Below are positions 35,795-42,410 of a DNA stretch of 42,410 nt, one piece after another (the stretch's first letter is position 1; each line of letters begins with the position of its first letter). Under the pieces are notes generated by a model, which searched no databases, was not told the origin of the DNA, and saw only the letters and a program-made list of their open reading frames with translations. The position numbers and the translations under genes are program-made. This DNA comes from an uncultured virus (IMG/VR IMGVR_UViG_3300025387_000001) (taxonomy: Duplodnaviria > Heunggongvirae > Uroviricota > Caudoviricetes), in the IMG/VR virus record IMGVR_UViG_3300025387_000001. One strand, given 5' to 3'.

Positions 35795-38700
35795 GTGTCA
35801 AACAAAGAATTTATAGTCCGCAATGGGCTAGTTGTCACTGCCAATGCAAACATCACAAATCCAACACTGTTGGTTGCCGGACAAAACGTCCTAGCATCAA
35901 TCATTTCTGCCAATAACTATGCTGGTTATATGGCAAATTCCTCTAATGTCTATGTCGATACGTCTACCAATGCAGCAAACAACTATGCCGGCGTTATGGC
36001 AAACGGTGCAGGTACCATCGCCAATGCGGCCTTTGGTCATTCCAATACAACATATGCTGCGGTCAATTCTGCTTTTGGTGTTATCAATGCCTCATTTGGT
36101 TCAGCAAATACCGTAGGTGGTTATGCCAATACAGCTGGATCACTAGCTAACCAGGCAGGTGTTATTGCAAATGCAGCATTTGGTTCATCCAATACAGCAG
36201 GATCATACGCAAACACTGCCGGTGGTAATGCCAATCAGGCAGGTGTTATTGCTAACGCATCTTTTACTATTGCTAATGGTGCTTATGATCATTCCAATAA
36301 CATATCCATTTCTGCCAATAATTGGGCAAATACAGTTGGTGCCGCAGGTAATGTTTATGTAAATACAGCGACTCAAAGTGCTAATAATTATGCCGGTGTT
36401 ATGGCAAATGCATCTAATGCTTGGGCTAATACAACCGGTGTTTCTGGTAATAATTATGCTGGACTTATGGCAAATAGTTCCAATGGTTATGCTTATACCA
36501 TTGGTATCTCCGGTAATGCTTATGCTAACTTTGTAGGTGCTGCTGCCAATGCTTATTCTGGGTCAATTGGAGTAAATGCCAATGCTTATGCCAATACTGT
36601 AGCAATAGCATCCAATAATTATACAAACGTTGCAGTTGCCGCAGTAAATGCTTATGTCAACTTATCAACCTCAGCATCTAATACCTGGTCCAATACTGTT
36701 GGTGCTTCAGGTAATGCCTATGTAAATCTATCCACATCATCAGCAAATAACTATGCTGGTGCAATGGCAAATGCGGTCAATGCTTATACTGCATCATCTT
36801 ATACAGTCAAGGGAGCATATGATGTTGCTAATGCGGCCTTTGGTATCGCTAATGCTGGATATGTTTCAGGTAATGCTAACTATGTTCTAACAAATACCGT
36901 ATTTGGTATAGTCAATACTGTTTATGGAATCTCAAATGTAGCAGCATCAACCTCTGCCAATACCACATACGATCTCCAGATGCGTGGTTTCGTCAAGGCA
37001 AGTGATACATCCATTTCAGTTGGTGGATATCAAAACAACACATTTACCCTTTCCAATACAAACAACGGTTGGGCCTACTATATGAATGGCCAGCGATATG
37101 TTTGTTATGGTGCCAGAACTGCAAATCTTGCGATATCAGCACCTGCCGCTAATGGTAATTATTGGGTTAGTATTAATAACGATACAAATGGCACACTAAC
37201 AGTTTCTACAACAGCATGGAATATGAATGACCCAACCACTGTTCCAGTTGCCTTCATTCAATATAATTCTTATACTAGCCCAATGTTCCATTTGGATGAT
37301 AAAAGGTTCTTATCTTCTTCAACAACAACATTAGATTATTATTTACATACTGTTCTTGGTACAAGAGCAACAACTGTAGGTGCATTAAGCGGATATACTG
37401 TAGGTGGTACATCAAATGCTAATAATCTTATTAGTGTTAGTACCACCATATTACAAGAAGAGTCCTTAACAAAAACTCAATCAGCATTGAACGTTACAGG
37501 TGTTGCAAGTAATAACTATATCACATATTATAGATTATCTTCAGGTCCTGATGTATGGACCTGGGGTTATTCCGATATGCCATATTACCATGATGGTGGT
37601 ATCATCCAGTGGGATAATAATGGTACACTAACTACTGGTACCAATAACAAATATTATAACTCTTATCTATTGTTTACCACTTATCAAGGTGCCGGTCGTT
37701 TTATATTCGTCAACGGTAGAGGTTCATTCAACTCTTCTGCCGAGGCACAGTTGGAAGACATTACAACATGGGATTGGTCATCACTACAAGGTGTTGAATA
37801 TGTCTTTGCGTACCAACTTACATGGAAGGCACTAAACTCTCTAAACACATCAGGCAAGGCACAGCTTGCCGTTGCTCCTCGTGCGCTAAACATTACAACG
37901 GCACCATCTGCCAGTATTCCTACCAATCCTGCTCATAACTCATTAGCAGGTATTCAAGGTGGGTTACCAAACACAGAGTTCTTCCATCTAACAGCGTCCG
38001 AATATGGAACTTTACAAGCCAATATCGGAGTTGCGGCATTTAACCTTGTAAATACCGTATTTGGTGGTGCTAATGCTTTAGGTGCTCAAGATAACGTAGC
38101 ATTTAATGTTACCAATGCGGCCTTTGGTGTTGCTAACGCAGCATACAATAATGCCAATGTTGGTTTAGCAGCATCTAATGCCTATAGTAATACTGTAGGT
38201 ATTTCTGGAAATGCTTATGTAAATCTATCAACATCCGCAGCAAATGCTTATGCTATAACAATTGGTGCTTCAGGCAATGCATATGCTAACTTTGTTGGTA
38301 CGGCAGGAAATGCTTACGTAAACTTTGCTACCATTGCTGCTAACGGATATTCTAATACAATAGCAATTGCTGCAAATAACTATACAAATGCATCCACAAC
38401 ATCAGCCAATAATTATGCTGGTGCAATGGCAAATGCTGCCAATGGTTATACAGCAACATCTGCCGGATCTGCTAATAACTTTGCCGGTTCTATGGCCAAT
38501 AGTTCCAACTCTTGGGCTAACCAGGTTGCGGTATATGCCAACTCATATGCTAATACTATTGCCGTAGCAGCAAATAATTATGCCGGATTTATGGCCAATA
38601 GTTCTAATAGCTATGCAATATCAGTTGGTGACGCGGCTAATGCTAATGCACAAGTTGGTCACGCATCTGCAAACAACTATGCTGGTGTAATGGCCAATAG

Positions 38701-40792
38701 TGCTAATGCTTATGCTACTGCCACTTATGCAACACAGACCACCGTTGCTACTAATGCAACAAGTGCTAATAACTATGCTGGTGCCATGGCCAACGCAGCA
38801 AATGCTGTTGCTGCAACAAAGGTTGCATCTGTTACCGGTACATCTGGTCAAATCTTTAGTTCTGGTGGTACAACACCTACAATCAACCTAATTTCTACTG
38901 GCGTTACTTCCACCACATACGGTGGTTCTACACAGATTCCAGTAATTGCTGTTGATACTTATGGTCGTTTGACATCTGCCGCAAATGTTACTGTTCAAGG
39001 TATGGATTATCCATATGTCAATACTTCCGTTGCCGCGGCCAATAACTGGGCAAATACAAAATTATCAAATACAAGTGGTGTTGTATTTAACGGTAATATA
39101 ACATACACTGGTTATGTTACTGCTAATAACGGTCTATATTCAGGAAATAATTTCACCGGTTCATTTACAGATGGTATTGTTGTTGATTATGTAACAGGCA
39201 ATGGTCGTATCAGTGTCGGTACATCCGATGGCCTACAATTCTTTGCTGGTGGTGTTGGTACAAACATTCTTATGTCTTTGACACCATCTGGTTACATTGG
39301 TCTTGGTACAGCAAATCCTGCATATCCAGTTCAAATTATTACAGGTGGTGCTACATCAACCACACTTGCCGGTGCTATCTTTGATGCTGAAGGTACATCA
39401 AACTTTACAACTCAGTTGAATATCCGCAACGCAACAAACGGTGTTGGTTCTTCATCTGACTTGGTTGCAACTGCTGATAACGGTACAGATACTACAAACT
39501 TTATTGACGTTGGTATCAATAGTTCCGGATATAATCAGGCAGGTTGGACAATCAACGGCGCAGGTGATGGATATGTTTATACATCCGACGGTGCTCTATC
39601 AATTGGTACCGCAAACACTTCCGTAACGAACAAATACATTTCATTCTTCGTTCGTGGTACTTTAGCATCAAACGAAGCTATGCGTATTCAGGATTCTGTT
39701 GGTGGTGCCAATGTTGGTATTGGCACAACAAATCCACAGTATAAGTTGGATGTTGCTGGTACCGCAAACATAGCAAACGTATTGGTTGTCAATGGCGTAA
39801 ATGTTGTTCCATCGTTTGCTTCAACCAATAACTGGTCTAATGTTTATTCTAATACCGTTGGTGTTAATGCAAACAACTGGTCTAATGTTTATGCTAACCA
39901 GGTTGGTACTAATGCCAATACTTACGCCTCCAGTGTTGGCGTAAATGCCAATACATGGGCCAACTCTAAAGTTTATTCAATAACAAGCAATAGCACTTCA
40001 AGAGTTTGGGCAAATACTATTACAACCAGCGGTTATCAAAATGTTTATATTGACCTTGCTACATCGGGTGTTACAGCAACCACATATGGTGGTGCTTCTG
40101 CAATTCCTGTTATCACAATTGATGCCTATGGTCGTGTTACTGCGGCAGCAAACCAATCAGTTACAAGTGGTGGTGTTACTTCACTGTCACAAGGCACCGG
40201 TCTTTCATTCAGTGCCAATCCTATTACCACAACCGGTACAATTTCACTTGCGTCTGGTATTGTTACTGCACAGGCATGGACAGGTGGTATTTCTGCAATA
40301 ACAACAGATACTTATGGTCGTGTAACATCGGTTACTGCTTCTGCTGGTTATCTTACATCTGCCGTAACGTCTCTTTCACAAGGCACAGGTCTTTCATTCA
40401 GTGCCAATCCTATTACCACAACCGGTACAATTTCTATTGATTATACCACATTCAATGCTGGAACACCTGCACAGTCAATGACAGTTACCTCATTGTCCGA
40501 TTCTTCCGGTACAATTTCGTGGGATGCCTCGACATCAAGAATGGCAACTGTTACAATGTCTGGTACCGGTAGAACTATGGCAAATCCAACCAACTTAAAG
40601 GCTGGATCCTATATATTAATAATAAAGCAAGATGCTACAGGTTCAAGAACCATCACCACATGGGGTTCAGTATTCAAGTGGCCTGCCGCAGTAGCACCAG
40701 TATTATCAACAACCGCATCCACTACCGATGTATTCTCCTTCTGGTGTGATGGTACTAACTTGTATGGTACATACATTCCAGATTGTAGATAA
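35795..40792 (+). CDS. Long tail fibre protein D (GTG start; C-terminal WD..-WP..-CDG domain)
   Basis: N-terminal KEFIVRNGLVV; AN-rich stalks; VD.YGR.T.A repeats; G.IGLGT.NP and VGIGTTNP..KLDV.G knobs; C-terminal domain paralogous to fibre A. Confidence 0.8.
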   Translation: MSNKEFIVRNGLVVTANANITNPTLLVAGQNVLASIISANNYAGYMANSSNVYVDTSTNAANNYAGVMANGAGTIANAAFGHSNTTYAAVNSAFGVINASFGSANTVGGYANTAGSLANQAGVIANAAFGSSNTAGSYANTAGGNANQAGVIANASFTIANGAYDHSNNISISANNWANTVGAAGNVYVNTATQSANNYAGVMANASNAWANTTGVSGNNYAGLMANSSNGYAYTIGISGNAYANFVGAAANAYSGSIGVNANAYANTVAIASNNYTNVAVAAVNAYVNLSTSASNTWSNTVGASGNAYVNLSTSSANNYAGAMANAVNAYTASSYTVKGAYDVANAAFGIANAGYVSGNANYVLTNTVFGIVNTVYGISNVAASTSANTTYDLQMRGFVKASDTSISVGGYQNNTFTLSNTNNGWAYYMNGQRYVCYGARTANLAISAPAANGNYWVSINNDTNGTLTVSTTAWNMNDPTTVPVAFIQYNSYTSPMFHLDDKRFLSSSTTTLDYYLHTVLGTRATTVGALSGYTVGGTSNANNLISVSTTILQEESLTKTQSALNVTGVASNNYITYYRLSSGPDVWTWGYSDMPYYHDGGIIQWDNNGTLTTGTNNKYYNSYLLFTTYQGAGRFIFVNGRGSFNSSAEAQLEDITTWDWSSLQGVEYVFAYQLTWKALNSLNTSGKAQLAVAPRALNITTAPSASIPTNPAHNSLAGIQGGLPNTEFFHLTASEYGTLQANIGVAAFNLVNTVFGGANALGAQDNVAFNVTNAAFGVANAAYNNANVGLAASNAYSNTVGISGNAYVNLSTSAANAYAITIGASGNAYANFVGTAGNAYVNFATIAANGYSNTIAIAANNYTNASTTSANNYAGAMANAANGYTATSAGSANNFAGSMANSSNSWANQVAVYANSYANTIAVAANNYAGFMANSSNSYAISVGDAANANAQVGHASANNYAGVMANSANAYATATYATQTTVATNATSANNYAGAMANAANAVAATKVASVTGTSGQIFSSGGTTPTINLISTGVTSTTYGGSTQIPVIAVDTYGRLTSAANVTVQGMDYPYVNTSVAAANNWANTKLSNTSGVVFNGNITYTGYVTANNGLYSGNNFTGSFTDGIVVDYVTGNGRISVGTSDGLQFFAGGVGTNILMSLTPSGYIGLGTANPAYPVQIITGGATSTTLAGAIFDAEGTSNFTTQLNIRNATNGVGSSSDLVATADNGTDTTNFIDVGINSSGYNQAGWTINGAGDGYVYTSDGALSIGTANTSVTNKYISFFVRGTLASNEAMRIQDSVGGANVGIGTTNPQYKLDVAGTANIANVLVVNGVNVVPSFASTNNWSNVYSNTVGVNANNWSNVYANQVGTNANTYASSVGVNANTWANSKVYSITSNSTSRVWANTITTSGYQNVYIDLATSGVTATTYGGASAIPVITIDAYGRVTAAANQSVTSGGVTSLSQGTGLSFSANPITTTGTISLASGIVTAQAWTGGISAITTDTYGRVTSVTASAGYLTSAVTSLSQGTGLSFSANPITTTGTISIDYTTFNAGTPAQSMTVTSLSDSSGTISWDASTSRMATVTMSGTGRTMANPTNLKAGSYILIIKQDATGSRTITTWGSVFKWPAAVAPVLSTTASTTDVFSFWCDGTNLYGTYIPDCR
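40187..40434 (+). repeat. 59-nt direct repeat, 189-nt period
   Basis: Copies at 40187-40245 and 40376-40434 (SQGTGLSFSANPITTTGTIS) with one synonymous mismatch. Confidence 0.85.
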
Positions 40793-40822
40793 ATATAGAG
40801 AGAACTCCAACGAGGTAAATGA

Positions 40823-42410
40823 ATGTTTCTTGTTCCTATTTTGAGACCTACAAAGATTGTTACGCTATCAGCAGCGACTAACAATGTAAATCTCTATACG
40901 CAGGCAGGAAGTCCTGCTTATCCTCTGAATCTTCTTTGTTTCATTAATGCTAATATTGGTAGTTCATCAACAGCATCGGCAGCATTCCAAACAGGATCAT
41001 CTTGGAAAGGCGGTTCACTTCTTTATATTAAAAATGCTGCGGTTATTACTGGTGGAACCGGAGCACCAGTAATAACCGCAGGCACTATAGGAACCACTGG
41101 TACGGCAGGAGCACCAGGAACTACAGGAACTACAGGCACTATAGGAACCACTGGTACGGCAGGAGCACCAGGAACCGCAGGCACTATAGGAACCACTGGT
41201 ACGGCAGGAGCACCAGGAACCGCAGGCACTACAGGCACTATAGGAACCACTGGTACGGCAGGAGCACCAGGTTCAGGCGGCGCCGGTGGGAATGGCGCTG
41301 GCCTCAGCTCGCCAGGGCCCTGGGCGACGCCGATGAACAATGCAACATCAGGACAACCAGGAGGAACCGGTCAACCAGGAGGCACAGGTGGTACAGGTGG
41401 AACCGGTGGCCCAGGATCAGCAGCACAACCAGGAGGTGCAGGTGGAACCGGTGGCCCAGGATCAGCAGCACAACCAGGAGGTGCAGGTGGTACAGGTGGA
41501 ACCGGTGGCCCAGGATCAGCAGCACAACCAGGAGGCACAGGCGGAACCGGTGGCCTAGGAGGAACCGGTCAATCAGGAGGAATTTCTATAAATTCTGACA
41601 CCGTTTCAGGTATTAAAATTCTTTTAAATAATTTAGGAAGCATTATAGGCGGAACAGGAGGTCAAGGAGGAACCGGTGGCCCAGGAGGTCCAGGCGGAAC
41701 AGCAGGTTCAGTAGGATCTGGAGGAACCGGTGGCCCAGGAGGTCCAGGCGGAACAGCAGGTTCAGTCGGCGCCGGTGGCCCAGGAGGTCCAGGCGGAACA
41801 GCAGGTTCAGTAGGATCTGGAGGAACCGGTGGCCCAGGAGGTCCAGGCGGAACAGCAGGTCCAGGTGGCGGAGGAGGCGGCGGTGGCGCCGGCGGCTCGG
41901 GCGGCTCGATAAAAGGTTTTAATGTTATTGGCGGAGGAGGAGGAGGAGGAGCAGGAACCCCTGGAGGACCCGGTGGTACACCATATTTTCCTGGAAATCC
42001 GGGAACGGCGCCGGCACCTCATCCTGGCCAAGCAGGAACCTCAACAACAGGTGGAACAGGCGGCGCTATTGCAGTTTCTTTTGATCCCTCGCCGTTTGTG
42101 CCATCTAGTAGTAGAGGAGGAAACGGAGGAGGATTAGGACAAAACGGGCAAGCAGGACAACCATTTATACCTGGTGGTAGTCCGTGGACTTTTGCCGCAA
42201 TAGGAGGTAGCGCAGGAGCAGCAGGAACGGCCGGCGCAACAGGATCTCAAGGCGCCGCAGGACAACCAGGAGCAGCAGGAACAACAGGTGCCACAGGTGC
42301 CACAGGACAACCAGGAGCAGCAGGAACGGCCGGCGCAACAGGATCTCAAGGCGCCGCAGGACAACCAGGAGCAGCAGGAACAACAGGTGCCACAGGTGCC
42401 ACAGGACAAC
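40823..42410 (+). CDS. gp38-like glycine-rich adhesin with long Gly-X-Y insertions (3'-partial; not in ORF track)
   Basis: GAGG SD, ATG 40823, open to the window end: MFLVPILRPTKIVTLSAATNNVNLY...IGSSSTASAAFQTG..LYIKNAAVITGG-(GXY)n-...GGISINSD...ILLNNLGSIIGG-(GGX)n-GGGGGG. This matches the T-even gp38 layout. GATAAATA late-like promoter at 40788. Confidence 0.75.
   Translation, partial: MFLVPILRPTKIVTLSAATNNVNLYTQAGSPAYPLNLLCFINANIGSSSTASAAFQTGSSWKGGSLLYIKNAAVITGGTGAPVITAGTIGTTGTAGAPGTTGTTGTIGTTGTAGAPGTAGTIGTTGTAGAPGTAGTTGTIGTTGTAGAPGSGGAGGNGAGLSSPGPWATPMNNATSGQPGGTGQPGGTGGTGGTGGPGSAAQPGGAGGTGGPGSAAQPGGAGGTGGTGGPGSAAQPGGTGGTGGLGGTGQSGGISINSDTVSGIKILLNNLGSIIGGTGGQGGTGGPGGPGGTAGSVGSGGTGGPGGPGGTAGSVGAGGPGGPGGTAGSVGSGGTGGPGGPGGTAGPGGGGGGGGAGGSGGSIKGFNVIGGGGGGGAGTPGGPGGTPYFPGNPGTAPAPHPGQAGTSTTGGTGGAIAVSFDPSPFVPSSSRGGNGGGLGQNGQAGQPFIPGGSPWTFAAIGGSAGAAGTAGATGSQGAAGQPGAAGTTGATGATGQPGAAGTAGATGSQGAAGQPGAAGTTGATGATGQ
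41081..42410 (+). repeat. Four coding tandem-repeat blocks, each with 54/45/54-nt spacing
   Basis: Unit starts: 41081/41135/41180/41234; 41372/41426/41471/41525; 41675/41729/41774/41828; 42213/42267/42312/42366. Confidence 0.9.

Noticed and set aside
40187..40434. DGR template/variable repeat pair
   Set aside because: Only one synonymous mismatch, both copies are in frame in one gene, and no reverse transcriptase is in the window.
41023..42409. Several short ORFs in the track (poly-Glu, Cys-rich, VPAVP) overlapping the end of the window
   Set aside because: They are alternative-frame or antisense shadows of the Gly-rich repeats in the real ORF starting at 40823.
41081..42410. CRISPR-like array
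   Set aside because: Repeats are in-frame coding units with 9-18-nt related linkers, not unique spacers, and no cas genes are present.
1..42410. Stop-codon reassignment
   Set aside because: All conserved genes are full-length in the standard code, and TAA, TAG and TGA are all used as real stops.
1..42410. Scattered pure-GC clumps (GGCGCC, GCGGCCGC, GGCGGC) in AT-rich DNA
   Set aside because: They coincide with adjacent Gly/Ala/Pro/Arg codons; I cannot show an excess over expectation without computation.

Overview
AT-rich fragment of a T4-like myovirus genome, probably infecting an alphaproteobacterium. It carries a circularly permuted two-piece tmRNA of the alphaproteobacterial type (tag ANDNSAYQDLALAA). 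Gene order: 3' end of phoH, PD-(D/E)XK exonuclease, a tiny lipoprotein, tmRNA, gp33, gp59 and gp32; then a minus-strand tail-initiation cassette (gp48, gp54-like, gp26, gp51 and a 1124-aa protein with three different peptidoglycan-hydrolase domains); then gp4, gp2, gp53, a hub protein, a split gp5, gp25, gp6, gp7-like, gp8, a DUF4815/VrlC-like protein and a cluster of Asn/Ala-rich fibre genes, ending in a gp38-like glycine-rich adhesin that runs off the window and is missing from the ORF track. Best leads: (1) four unrelated repeat blocks in the adhesin all share a 54/45/54-nt period, suggesting a length-matched four-stranded polyglycine-II stalk; (2) a T TTT TTT slippery site would fuse gp26 to gp51 by -1 frameshift, lambda G/GT style, directly upstream of the tape-measure-like lysin; (3) a chain of paired C-/N-terminal motifs may link consecutive fibre proteins; (4) the phage-borne permuted tmRNA and its small neighbours. 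All family calls come from motif recognition and synteny by eye; no searches were run.
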